Below, piece after piece: positions 50,261-63,680 of a DNA stretch of 64,000 nt; position 1 is the first letter of the stretch, and every line of letters begins with the position of its first letter. The translations under genes were made by a program, and so were the position numbers. The stretch lies in NCBI GenBank assembly GCA_951406725.2, contig OX597814.1:80600001-80664000 (forward strand). The letters run 5' to 3'. The notes under the pieces were generated by a model, which saw only the letters and a program-made list of their open reading frames with translations, was not told the DNA's origin and did no database searches. The stretch is from Octopus vulgaris (lineage: Eukaryota).

Positions 50261-50409
50261 TGGCAAATAACAAATAAAATACAGTACTAGTGTGGTAAAC
50301 ATTACCAACTGCACATACTGCGTGTGATTTGTTTGTTCACCAGTTTACAGCAGCATAGCATGTGGGAGACACTTCACTCATTTCCATCTTTCCTTTAACT
50401 TGAAAATAC

Positions 50410-50885
50410 CCTCTTCCCAGAATTGAGGTGGTTTCATGCCAATTCTCAGGTTGTGCAATGTGGGTTATTGTCAATTAATGACTTGATTTGGTCATCATCT
50501 GTAGTGGATGATCTGCCTGATCACTCTTTATCAATAAGGCTACAATCTCCAGCTCGGAACCTTGCGAACCACTTCCGTACAGTTCTTTCGGATAAAGAAA
50601 CATCACTGTAAACTGCACATATTTCTTTGGTTGCAAGGCATTTTTCCCTTTACGGAAAAAAGAAAAGCATCAAGTGCTGAAAATGAACTTTTTTATCTTT
50701 CATTTTAAAGAGTTACAGAATAAACACCTGTTATATGAACATAAACCTTCTTCCACGAAAAGATAGCTTAAACTGTGCTCTAAATGGAGGTGTAGTCAAA
50801 TCCTATTTTATGAACTCAACCATGTTCTAAAATAAGTCGAAAGGTAAGCTACTATAAATCGGCTTGAACTTTCCGGACAACCCAA
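50410..50885 (-). pseudogene. Mariner 5' fragment
   Basis: TA-ttgggttgtccggaaagttc TIR; HLMLFFFRKGKNA..ERTVRKWFARFRAGD..SGRS. Confidence 0.8.
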
Positions 50886-51823
50886 TATAATGGACTTTCT
50901 CATCAAAGACAACGTATGAGCATTCAGCTTTTTGGCAAATGACCTGTACAAATGATTTATTTATAGTTTCTTTCCATTGTACACCTATCAACATTTTTGT
51001 AAATAAAAAAACAGAAAGGAGAAAGAAAATAAGAAAAATGCTTTGTAATGAAATTTCAATAAGTTGACCACATTAAATTGAAAAGAAACTTCTCTCTCTC
51101 TCTCTCCTTCTCTGTATGTATGTATCTATTTATCTATCTACCCTTTTCCATCCTTTATTATTATTTTTTCTCCTCTTTCTTGATTGCCCTGAAACCTCTC
51201 TCTCTGTCTATCCCCCCTTTGATTTTCTTTCTCTTTCTCTCAACCTTTTTCCAAAGCCACAGAAACAATATTCTCCTCTTCTAAACAAAGTAAAAAAGCA
51301 TCCAATTCATATAAATGAACACGTTCTGTTTTTACCATTTTTATTCTGATTTTGTCTTGATGAGTTTGAAAAACCAATGGAAGCGCTAATAAAGGATTAT
51401 CCAAAATTCTAACTGCTTTCTTTTTCTCAATATATATATATACGTATGTATGTACATGTGTACGTATGTATGCAATGGACTTCTTTCAGTCTCCATCTCC
51501 CAAATCCAATCACAGGGTTGTGACTACACTGGGTACTACTGTAGAAGACACTTATCCATGGTTCCATGCTGTGGGACTGAACTCAGAACCATGTGGCTGG
51601 AAAGCAAACTTCTTACCACACAGCCACACCTATTTTTACATATAAAAGATTTTAACGATAAATTTCTGTTGAAAGTAAGATGTATGTTATGTCATCACAG
51701 AAAAGGAAATCTTGTTATTTGTTACAAGAATAGCCTTGTGTTTGTTTACTAGGTGACAGCTTATAGATTTCTGTTTAATTTTTGTTTTTGTTTTTCTTTC
51801 CGTTGTTCTTGCTTGTTTCATAG

Positions 51824-51880
51824 GAATTATTGGATGACATTGGAAGTGAAGAACTATCTAATGAGAGTCATGTTGTGTGA
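51824..51880 (+). CDS. Candidate terminal coding exon (ELLDDIGSEELSNESHVV*)
   Basis: ~50-nt polypyrimidine tract ending ttcatAG, open phase-0 frame to TGA, in non-repeat sequence; no homology recognised. Confidence 0.3.
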   Translation, partial: ELLDDIGSEELSNESHVV

Positions 51881-52446
51881 TCTGTAACACAAAAAAAAAT
51901 CCCAAAAAGACAGACTGGATAAAACCAGAAAAGAATATTATATGTTATGTTAGAAATACCAAAATGTAGAAGAAAATAAAAATAAAACAAAACAAAACAA
52001 AGAAAGAATATTCTAATTACACTAACTTTGGTTATTCTTTGGTATTCTTGGAGCTATGATGGGATGTTATGGAAATTATGGCTTTTACGACAATATATTC
52101 CCATCTGACTTTAATGTAAGCTATACTTTTTGTTTTTGTTCTTTGTAGCTTTTTGTCTTGCAGTTTATAATTAAATTACAGTGCCATCATTCTGAATTTG
52201 CAATCGATATTTCTGAAAGAAGATGTCATGAACACGCTAATGTAATTTGAAGTAAATTGCTATGGAGGTACAAACAAAACTTGGTAAATGTACACAATGA
52301 ATGATGGAGTAGGTTTAAAATTATTTCAGTGACTTCATTTCATTATAGTGTTCACTTTGTGTGGGGATGGAGAGGATGCATGTGTGTGCATGTGTTTGTG
52401 TGTGCATATGTGTGTATTTGTGTGTATGTATGTGTGCTTTTGTGTG

Positions 52447-52493
<47 letters not shown>

Positions 52494-52866
52494 ATTTATT
52501 TATCTATTTATTTATTTATTTCTATTTTCATTTTTTGACATAATTCTATTTTCAGTAGTACAATAATAGTAGACAAAATAATAGAATTAATGGTAAAAAT
52601 AAGTCTTTGAGGATAGTGGAATGAAAGGTAGATTTCCAAAGGGAGCAAATAAATAAAGCAATAAAATGCTTATAGAATTTTTGCAGAACTAATTCTTTGA
52701 AGAATTTGCTCATTTTCAGAAGATAGGCAGAAAATTTTAGATTACAAATGTATTCTCATATACTTACCTGTCTTTTTTTCTTGCCAGCCTGCTTGTCTGT
52801 CAGTCTTTCTGTCTGTCTGTCTGTCTCTCTGTCTATCTATCTATCGATCGATCAATCTGTGTAACT

Positions 52867-52897
<31 letters not shown>

Positions 52898-53007
52898 AAT
52901 GCATGTATGTTTGTATAAAAATATGGTATATTTATGTATATATTTGTGTGTGTGGTGTGTGTATACATACATTTATATAAATATTTATGTATGTATATCT
53001 ATCTATC

Positions 53008-53080
<73 letters not shown>

Positions 53081-53261
53081 CTATATATAGTCATATACCA
53101 ATTTACCAATATATGTATTCACTTAAAGTTGTTCCCAAATGAATGGACCCACCTCACCCCACTTTCAAAACATCAAAGATAGAGAAAGCTCTTTTCTTGG
53201 AGAATATATTTCCCATAAGTATTGCATGATGTATGTATTTAAAGAAATGTGAAGAATCTAT

Positions 53262-53310
<49 letters not shown>

Positions 53311-53884
53311 AAAGGAAATCACAGTCTCAGTACTGAATGGTTAAGTTATGGTAAGTTTGTTTTTGTTTAGCTTCCAGTGAGCTCTGAATGATCTCACCTA
53401 AGATCAACGACATTCCAACCATGACCATTCCTAAGACTTTTGGAAACATTATTGTGTTGTAAGGCACATATTGCTCTTACTTCAAGATGCAATCTAAACT
53501 TTGGGTTACAGGAACCAGCAAAACTTAGCAGACATATCCTCATGTGCCCTCTATCCTAGCTTCTGGCTTTTTTAAGGACTACTCCCCCTAAAATGATCCC
53601 CAAAACATGTCTGTCAAGGTCGATGCCCCAGCAAAGAAAGAGACTGTTTGAGCTACCTGCTTCTTGATGTGACGTCACTTCCCCTCGCTTCCTGTCCCCT
53701 TGTCCTTGTCCACACCTTCATTCCTCCACAACCACTAATTTGTCCTCTCTCTTTTAAAACAGTAGTGTTTATGTGAGGAAGATTTGGCTATTGTTGAAGC
53801 TCTTTCTTGCTGATTTTTATTGTATATGGAAAACAAAAGTGGTTAAGGGAATTAGACAGTTAGACAACCACAACCAGATAATAT

Positions 53885-55048
53885 GGATGGTGCTGTCTTT
53901 TCATCTGATGTCACTTTCAAACATGTTTTCATCCATGTCTTTTGGTCCGATGTCTTTTTGTCCGATGATTTTTTTGTCCAACAACTTTTTGTCCAATTTT
54001 AAATAAACTCTTTGGAAAACATAGTGAAATATCTCTAATGATATATTCACAGAACTATAACTATAACTGTTAACAGTTTTACTTTCACTTTTTCCATCTC
54101 TCTCTTAAATATGATGCTGTGTATAGAGAGTGCTGCAAACTTAATGCATATCCACTTGAACTCATGGCAGATTTCAAAGTTGCAGTTCACGAGGCATATA
54201 ATTCATCATTCTTTAATTCATCTATCATGGCATGTTTGTTTCATTTGAGCCAATCAGTATTTTGAAAAATTACAGATTTAGGCCTCAAAGAACAATACAA
54301 TAAATTCTGTCTTAAAATTTGGTGTTTTTCAAGCATTAGCCTGCCTACCCATTGGGAGTGTGAAAGAGGCCTATGAAGAATTAATAGACAATGAAGAAAT
54401 ACCTGTTCAATTCATTGCTTACTTCAACTTGACTTACATAGGCATTGTGAGAGGACATGGTGCTAGACGAAGGAGAAAACCACCTACATTCCTGATAGCT
54501 GTATGGAATGTTAATCAGTAAATTCTTCAAGATCTTCCCAGAACAAATATTGCTGCTGAGGGGTTCAATTCTGTGATAAAGCATTCAGCAGGTGGAGCAC
54601 ATTTGAATATTTGGAAATTAATCAAAACTCTAAGGAAGAGGAAGAGTTCATTAAAGTAAAGTGACTCAAATTCTTCGATGAGACCCATCAGTTTCATGAA
54701 CACAATATCAAAGAATAATTGAACACCTCATAAGATTGGTCATTGAATACGGGTCAACAAGAAAAACTGATATTTTGAAAAGTGTGGCATATAATTTGCA
54801 TCAATTTTAAGTGATCATAATAAATCATTAGTTATATCTTATTACTTTATTAAAATGACATTTTTTAAATACATTTTTCCATAATATTTTACTTGAATCC
54901 TATCAAATAAATTCTCAATGATTATTTGACTTTGATGTTCTCTTGTTTTCTAAAGAGTTTATTTAGAATTGAACAAAAGTCAATGGACAAAAAAATCATC
55001 AGACAAAAAGACATCGGACCAAAAGACATGGATGAAAAGAGGAGCGTT
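53885..55048 (+). mobile_element. Internally deleted MULE (Mutator-like) element
   Basis: TIRs built of ~15-bp tandem units (ttttgtccgatgtc / gacatcggaccaaaa); CLFHLSQ..ALACLP..YF..TYIG..WNV..PRTNIAAEGFN..NIWKLI. Confidence 0.85.
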
Positions 55049-55500
55049 TTATATTCTTTGATTCCTTTACTAGCTTAATCCAGTGGACAGCAGCACTGCT
55101 GTGGCACCACCTTCAGGGATTTTGTCAATTATGTCAGTCACAATACATTGTCAGGCACTTATTTTATCCATCTCAGAAATAGGAGACACAAATATCATCA
55201 TCATCAGCATCATCATCATCGTCGTCGTCGTCATCATCATCATCATCATCATCATTTTAACATCCACTTTTCTATGCTCACAGAGGTCAGACTGAATAAT
55301 TTGAAGTGGATTTTTTGATTGGATGCCCTTCCTGTCACCAACCTCCACTTGTTTCCAAGAAGGTGATGCTTCCATGTGACTAAACATAGCTCAGAAGATT
55401 GGAAATGAAGGACACTGCTAACATGACAGTAACACATGCTTGCCACTCTCATGTGACGTCAAGGCAAGGACACACACAAACACACACACATGTATATATG

Positions 55501-55529
<29 letters not shown>

Positions 55530-55531
<2 letters not shown>

Positions 55532-56660
55532 GAAAATGCACACAGTTTACATAGTTTTAATATATTTTAAATAAAAGAGAATTGTGGTTGTCAACCGGTT
55601 TCACTTTCCCTAATCATTATTGTAATTTCATATTTTCTTAAGAAGGTTTTAGCCCATGTTCTTGTATGAAAGTCTTTGAATGAACCAACAGGTAGAAAAA
55701 TCTAAGGGGAAGTAACTGGTGATAGTTACTACTTGGGACAATGGAGGTAATTAGTGATAGTTACAACTTGGGTCAGTGGAGGTAACTTCCCATTCCTGGA
55801 GCAGGATAAATAAACATACAAAAAGTCATAAGATAAAGTAGTGAGATGAAATATGTACAGTGGTGGATATGTGATCATGAATTAAAATATATACTGAGAC
55901 CAAAGTTGGTTATGCATTCATATTTAGGTGTGTTCTGCATTTATCAATAAATAAATTTTCTTTATTTAAAGATTCTTTTACAGATGGGGAAAACTGTGAA
56001 ATTTGGTTGGTGATTCCCTGCATATCTCTCTATGTGTTCATGCAAAGGTATTTGTCTATACTTTGGGAAATGGATCTGTTGTTTATGTAGTGTGGTTCTC
56101 CATCTAAAAGCCATACTTGTCTGTCCTATATAGTTATATCTACAACCTGAACAAGTTCTAACATAGATTAAATTCTCAGATGCACAAGTGAAATCGGTCT
56201 TAATTGTGAACCTCTCTTCTTGTTTGAATTGGAATTCCGAGCCTTCCAGTAGGTTGGGGCATGTCCCAGAGCTTGGACATCCACATTTTTTAACCATTGG
56301 TTTCACGATTGCTGTGTAAAGCTTTGCATTTGTCAGAAGTCTTTTCAGCAATTTGGGCTGCATTTTACATTTGATGAATTTATGTTTTCAGAATGTTGTT
56401 CATTTTTGGATCCCTTGTGAGTCTTGGTAGATTTTGTACAATAGTGTTGTATGCATCATTGTTTCTAGGGTTGTAAGTTGATATATACGGTAGTATTTTG
56501 AGATGAGGTGTAGTGTTTCATTTTGTTCCCCTTACTGATTTAGTGCCTATTTTCTTGGCACATTTAATTCCAGCATCTATAAATGAGGGTGGATAGTGTC
56601 TCTCTGTTAGTGTTGTTCTGAGGTCTTGAAGATGAAGGTCCCGAGTATTTCCCTCAGACA
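55530..56660 (-). mobile_element. 5'-truncated Penelope-like element (RT thumb + GIY-YIG endonuclease)
   Basis: FTCASENLIYVRTCSGCRYNYIGQT..R..H; LTERHYPPSFID; 3' GAAACCGGT pLTR remnant near 55600. Confidence 0.9.
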
Positions 56661-56705
56661 TCATATATGTGTATATATATATATATATATATGTGGGGGG
56701 GGGCT

Positions 56706-56782
56706 TGGTCATTAGAGTCTGACAAGTCACCCAGAGAGCTAAGTGCTTTATGGATGCAAAACCATTGGTCACTCTATGACCA
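56706..56782 (+). ncRNA. Type I hammerhead ribozyme with long stems (CpG-decayed core)
   Basis: TGGTCAtTAGAGT CTGACAA GtCACCCAGAGAGC-taagt-GCTTTATGGATGC AAAAC C-att-G GTC ACTCTATGACCA. Confidence 0.7.
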
Positions 56783-56817
56783 GACATGTATTTAGCTGCA
56801 GGCAGACAGACAGCTAA

Positions 56818-56892
<75 letters not shown>

Positions 56893-57519
56893 TATGAAGG
56901 GCTTCTTTCAGTCTCTGTCTGCCAAATCTTTTCTCAAGGCTTTGGCTGGCCTAGAGCTACAGAAGAAGGCACTGAACTTGAAAGCCATGTGGTTGGAAAA
57001 CAAACTTCTTACCATGCAGCCATACTTTCCTCAAAATTATTCTTTAGACACTGAAAGTGTAGTAGCATGTTATCTCTCATGAATCACCACTAGTATAGCT
57101 GAATTTTGTGCTGAAGTTTGTGGATACTCTGATTTTAATGTCTTATTCCCCACAGAAAACCCAACATAATGTCCATCAAAATTGCAACACTAAAAATACT
57201 AAATGGGGCAGATCAGCCTACATGTCTCTTCTTTTTTAGCTATGCTGCTGTGGGCCACCACGAGTGGCATAACCAATTCTGTTGTTCAGTTTAGGTTTCT
57301 TCGCATCAATATCCATAGGAGAATGTTGACAAGGAGATTGTTCCCAAAGGTTACAGTTCTGGGGATGGAAAAATTTGATGGGGAAAGTGTTTATGAGAGA
57401 ATTTGAGGGTCGATCCATTGAAATCAATGAAAATTAAAAAGAGAATTTTAACAAGAGCACCTAAAAAGACAACGTTTATATCAAAAGAGCCTTAATATCT
57501 TTCACAACTATGGAAAAAA

Positions 57520-57563
57520 GAGGGTGATGAAGATGATGGTGATGATGGTGATGATGATGGTGA

Positions 57564-57597
<34 letters not shown>

Positions 57598-58027
57598 GGT
57601 GGTGGCAGCAGAGGTGGAGGTGGTGGCAGCAGTAGCAATGGTAGTGGTGATGAGGATGAGGATGATGATGATAATGGTGGTGGTGGTGGTGATGGTGTTG
57701 ATGGTGGTGGTGGTGTTGGTGGTGATGATGATGATGATGGTGGTGGTGGTCATCATGGTTGCAGTGGTGGTGGTAGCAGTGATGGTGGTGGTGGTGGTGG
57801 TGGTCATAGTGGTTGCAGTGGTGGTAGTGATGGTGGTAGTGGCTGTGGTCATGATGGTGATGATGATGATGGTGGTGGTGATGGCGTTTGTGTTGGTAGT
57901 GGAGGTCATCATCATCATCATTCCCATTATCATCATCATCAATGTCATAATCATCAGCATCATTATTACCATCACTACCATCAACATTATCATCAACAAC
58001 CACAATATTTTCTAGAATAAAACAAAG

Positions 58028-58061
<34 letters not shown>

Positions 58062-58610
58062 CACACACATACACAGATATCACCCGTTACAAATAACCAA
58101 AGACTCTTTGATAAAGAAATTCCGGAAGCTGTCATGTAGAAAATAAAACAAACTCAACAATAAAAAACAAAAACGAGGTTTCATACAAACACAAATATAG
58201 ACAATGCAACACTAAACACAGTGTTAGCAATCATCATCATCATTACCTGAACTATCATCATGATGAACATCATAACAATGTTATCATCATCATCATCATC
58301 GTTATCATGAAGGCTTCATCAACATTTTAAGTCATCCTTATCATGGTTGTCACGATCACATTCATCATCATCGTCATCGTCATCATCGTCTTTGTCATCA
58401 CTATCGTCATCATCATCAATGTCGCCATCATAGTTGTCGTTATCATCGTCATCACCATCATCATTATCATCATCAATGTCACCATCATTTTTGTCATTGC
58501 CATCATCATCATCATCATCATCATTGTCATCACTATCATCACCATCATCATCATCATCATCATCATTGTCATCACTATCATCATCATCATCATCATCGTC
58601 GCCACCATTG

Positions 58611-58650
<40 letters not shown>

Positions 58651-59610
58651 TTTCATCATCATCATCATGGTCGTTGTCATCATGATGTTCTCTTTCTTCA
58701 TATTGTCATTATTAAACCTTGGTCAATGCTCTTGCAATCATTGTCATCACCTTCATCATAGTCTTTACTATTATCATCGTCATCATTACCATCATCATCA
58801 TCATCGTTACCATCATTATCAACATCGTCATCATCATCATCATTTTATACTCCCTTCTTCCACTACCTCTTTCTCCGCCTCCTTATCAATAACGTTTATT
58901 CTCTTCCAGTTATAATCATCTTCATCATCATCATCATCATAATCACCAGCAGCATCAGCAGCAGCAGCAGTCACATTATACCCACCATCATCAACAACAT
59001 CATCATCAATACCACATTACCATCACCATCATCATCACTATCATCTTCCTTGTCATTGACATTATCAGCATCACCATCATTATCATCATCACCACCACTA
59101 CTACCTACTTTCATTTTCATCATTATCATCATCAAGATCATCATCATCACCATCATCATCACCACCATCATCATTATCATCATTGTCATCATCATCAGCA
59201 GTGTCACCATCATCATCATTATCATCATTGTTTTTGGCCTCGGCATCATCGTCGTCATTGTCATCATTATCATTACCATCATCACCACCACCACCACCAC
59301 CACATGAAAGTAAGATCAAAACAAAACAATTTGCTGTTCAAACAAACGCAAACACAACTGCAAATGTAACAGCAAAAAATACAAATCCACCATTCCACTG
59401 ACTGGTTACAGGGAGGAAGGAAGATTGTGAGGGGGGAGGTGGTGGTGGTGGTGGTGGTGGTGTAGGAGGAGGAGGAGGAGGAGGTGGGGAGGAGGATGGG
59501 GTGGGGAGGGAGAGTGGGAGGAGGAGGAGGGGTGGTGAGGGAGAGTGGGAGGAGGAGGAGGGGTGAGGGAGGTGGGTTTGAGGGAGAGTGGGAGGAGGAG
59601 GAGGAGGAGT
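57520..59610. repeat. Long trinucleotide low-complexity block: (GAT/GGT)n, (CAT)n, (GGA)n
   Basis: Direct inspection; source of the poly-His/Ile/Val pseudo-ORFs. Confidence 0.9.
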
Positions 59611-59976
59611 GATGCCACTAAAATCAAGGTACTCAATGGTTCCGGACCAAAACCGAAATGTTCTATCGACTGAGAGACTAAGCAATATGTTTTATTGAAT
59701 GATATGTTTCAATGGTCTTTAGATCTATAACCCATAACAGAACATGTGTATGTGTGTGTGTGTGTGTGTGTGCGTGTGTGTGTGTGTGTGAATGTATGCA
59801 TATTTGAGCATATAGGGGTATGATATATTGGTATGCGTATTCAAGTGTAAGCAGGTGTGTGCATCTATGTGCTTGATAGTATGTACATATGTACATATGT
59901 GTATAAATATATCAATGTATGTACGTGTGTATGCATGTACATATATATACATACACACACACAAACACATATATAT

Positions 59977-60027
<51 letters not shown>

Positions 60028-60038
60028 TATATACATGT

Positions 60039-60069
<31 letters not shown>

Positions 60070-60518
60070 CATATGTATACATATATTTGTATATATTTAT
60101 ATATAGGTGTAGGAATGGCTGTGCGGTAAGTAGCTTGCTTACCTACCACATGGTTCTGGGTTCAGTCCCACTGTGTGGCACCTTGGGCAAGTGTCTTCTA
60201 CTATAGCCTCAGACCAACCAAAGCCTTGTGAGTGGATTTGGTAGACGGAAACTGAAAGAAACCAGTCGTATATATATATATATATATATATATATGTTTG
60301 TGTGTCTGTGTTTGTCCCCCCAACATCGCTTGACAACCGATGCTGGTCGATTTACTCGACTAAAGGTGGTGCTCCAGCATGGCTGCAGTCAAATGACTGA
60401 AACAAATAAACAAATAAAAGAATATATATATGCATGTGTGCGTGTATGAGTGGATATGTCTGCGTATATATGCATACACATACACATATATATACTTATA
60501 TATTAGATATATATACTG

Positions 60519-60551
<33 letters not shown>

Positions 60552-61190
60552 TGACTACTACTACAAACTGGTGCAGATATAAAAGGAAGTTTCTAGAGTC
60601 AACGCGCTTGAATATTTTCCCCAATATGCTGTTCATTCTTTAATATTGGAGTTTTTACAAGGAAAAGCTTTATACGGCGGCAGTGGTGGTAGTGGTGGTG
60701 TACTACTCCTTAAATTGCTGCAAGAATTAGCATAGTTTTTAGTTGTGTTGGCAGTATAAGAGCTGCTGGAGACTGAATTTTAGTGGCAGCAGTAGTTACA
60801 GAACTTGGATTATGTTGAACCTTTAGAATTATCACTGCAGCGATCATATGGACCAAACAATGGCTCTGCAAGAGAAGGAGGGGCTGATGATGTTGGTCCA
60901 TTGATATCATTATCACAATTAGCAGATGTACTCAGGGAATGATATCTAGGAGCTGTTTGATTAATTGACATTAATTGAACATTTCATCTTCACATTTGAT
61001 TCATAAATCTGATAATAAGCAGCCACTGGAAGTTTCCTTTAATTGTTCCTGTAAGGAACCAGTTGTCTAACATTGTAAAAAATGGAGAGATTTACTGATA
61101 CTATTAATTGTCTGCTGAGTAATTTCTCAACTACAAGTTACTTACATGCACCAAATGCACTATGATGGTTAAAAAGAATATTGTTAGGTA

Positions 61191-61410
61191 TATTTGGGGA
61201 TGATTATATTTTGCCAATTAAACACATGCACTATATGTTTGGTCTTCACTTCAGTTTTATTATTATTATTCTGTTTGCTCTTTTGTCAAAGCTCTTTTGT
61301 CACACATCCTGTGACCTCTTCTGCCACTCTTTATCTCACATGTCTCCTCTTGTTCAGGAGACACATAGAGTGCATGTGTTTAATTGGCAAAATATGACCA
61401 TCCCCAAATA
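61191..61410. mobile_element. MITE with ~45-bp TIRs
   Basis: tatttggggatgattatattttgccaattaaacacatgcactatatg / catagagtgcatgtgtttaattggcaaaatatgaccatccccaaata. Confidence 0.8.
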
Positions 61411-62314
61411 ACACACAATTTCACATCAGGAATCCTGCAAACAAATACATAAAGGTTAAAAAGAACCATTAAAGAATATTCATCAAACATTCCAATTGAT
61501 GGATGGTAACCTTTTTATACAGACATGTACAGACACAGTTCTTTCTTATTTCTTTTTTTATTTCTTTACTGCCCACAAGGGACTACACACAGAGGGGACA
61601 AACAAGGACAGACAAGGTTACTGGTACTTATTTAATCGACCCCAAAAGGATGAAAGGCAAAGTTGACCTTGGCAGAATTTGAACTCAGAATGTAGTGATA
61701 GAATTTGAACTCAGAACCACTATGCATTTCATCCAGCATGCTAACGTTTCTGCCAGCTCGCAGTTCTTTCTGCTGCACTAGTAGATTTAGGATTGTAGGT
61801 AGGACTTCAAATCTTTTTGTAGCCAATACAATATAACAATCCCTATTTAAAATTAATTCTGGTCTGTTGTATGAGATCACTATCTTTAAATGGCAGCGGA
61901 ATTAATGTAATTAATCCCCATCTAATAAGTGAATAGAGTTAATTTCTCCCAACCAGTGTGCTACTGTATCAACAGGTGTAATTAATCTCTGACAGTAATC
62001 ATGTAATTCTAGTAGTACAAAACATTAACCCCCATCCTTTTGCTCTGCTTTGCAGCATACAGGCCTCTCACAGCCAATACAGGTCAATGACATGCCTTCA
62101 AACTTTGACAGCTCAGCCAACATGGCCATGAGCACAGCCACAAGCAAGAGCATGGCCACAAGCACAGCCACAACTACAATGCCCAGCAAGAAACACATAA
62201 CACACGGACACACACACACACCCATGCTGGTTTCAGCAACCTATGTACCAGCCAGGTCTAGTGACATGCTCACAGTGGACAGCTTGCAGTTCACTACCAG
62301 CTGCCATATGATTA

Positions 62315-62470
62315 CAGGTAAGTTCACTACTGTCAATTTTACCATGAAGGAAGTTCACCACGAGGAAAGTTTACTGAGAAAATATATCCATGGTATCACA
62401 CTATTAATAGTCAAAAGCTATTTTATTGAAAAACAAAATGGTGAATTCATGACAATGAACTTACCACACA
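62315..62470. mobile_element. Small decayed MITE
   Basis: ggtaagttcact...ttaccat / atggtgaatt...atgaacttacc inverted ends. Confidence 0.45.
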
Positions 62471-63494
62471 TGGAACCAGATAGTTGTAGTGAAACTATGA
62501 GAAGGCATCAGCATGTGGCAGAGAGTGATACAGCTGACCTTTGTGTACTCTCACATTCATAGTTATCTGAGGCACCTTGGTTACTGTGAGCAATGGTTAC
62601 TGTGAGCATAGTTGTTCTTCCACCACCAATCTGTGCTCATTCAGATGGGGGTAGATATGAACATGATCAGAAGCATGGGGATGTCCAGGAGCAGGAGTAA
62701 GACAAGAAACATGAACACAAGCACATCCATGTAGATGAAGAGGACAGTGAGCACAACTAGGAGCCTGCCAGTTTTTTCATCATACATTGCAACTTGAAGA
62801 ACATGATTCATCCTACACACAGGATATAGGATTTCTACACAAGGCAAATTAGCAAGACTTACTATTCTTTTATTGTTTTACTTGTTTCAGTCATTTGACT
62901 GCAGCCATGCCAGAACACCACCTTGAAGGGCTTTTAGATGAAGAAATCGATCCCAGGACTTATTTTTTGTAAGCCAAGTACTTATTCTTTCAGCTTCTTT
63001 CACCAAACCACTAACTTACAGGGAAATAAACACACCAACATCAGTTATCAAGCAATAATGGTGGGACAAACATAGACACAAATACACACACACATAAATA
63101 TATACATATATGATGGGCTTCTTTTAGTTTCCATCAACTAAATCCACTCACAAGGCTTTGGTCAGCCTGAAGCTATAGTAGAAGACACTTGCCCAAGATG
63201 CCACACAGTGGAACTGAATCTGAAACCGTGTGGTTGAGAAGCAAACTTCTTGCCACACAGCCACACCTGCTATATCAAGAATATAAATTAACTACTTTCC
63301 AGTTTGCCTCCAGTTACATGTATATACTAGTGGAGCTTCACATCATATGTTTATGCAAAATCATATACATACTGATGTATACATGCAAATTTGCTAGTAT
63401 ACACACTGATTCAGCATATGCAGATATACATGTATGCACTCATGTAAACATACAGACTCAGTTGTATGTAGCATGCACATGCATACCATTGTAT

Positions 63495-63680
63495 ATACAA
63501 GAGATGATAAAATAAAAAAAAACATTGGGACTGTTGCTATGGCAACAGGGCCAAACTATATAAAGTGGAGCTGCTTGGCACAGATTGATCTTGAACTCTG
63601 TTGTGCATGCACATTAAAGTTATAATGTTCTCGCTCACTTCTGTTGTTTATAGCAGTGTTTGGAAGTGTGTAGAGGGTGG
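63495..63680 (+). mobile_element. Mariner left-end fragment related to 12090
   Basis: gctgcttggcacagattgatcttgaactctgttgtgcatg is shared with 12155-12195. Confidence 0.75.

Noticed and set aside
53669-53682. ETS-CRE composite motif GGAAGTGACGTCAC (minus strand)
   Set aside because: Single motif with no CpG-rich or promoter context; appears to follow an old LINE-like end
57236-57427. 63-aa minus-strand ORF with protein-like text
   Set aside because: No in-frame splice acceptor or recognisable homology
57476-59685. His-, Met- and Ile-rich long ORFs
   Set aside because: (CAT/GAT/GGT)n microsatellite artefacts
62050-62562. 170-aa ORF
   Set aside because: Non-ATG start, runs through simple repeats and a MITE, no domain
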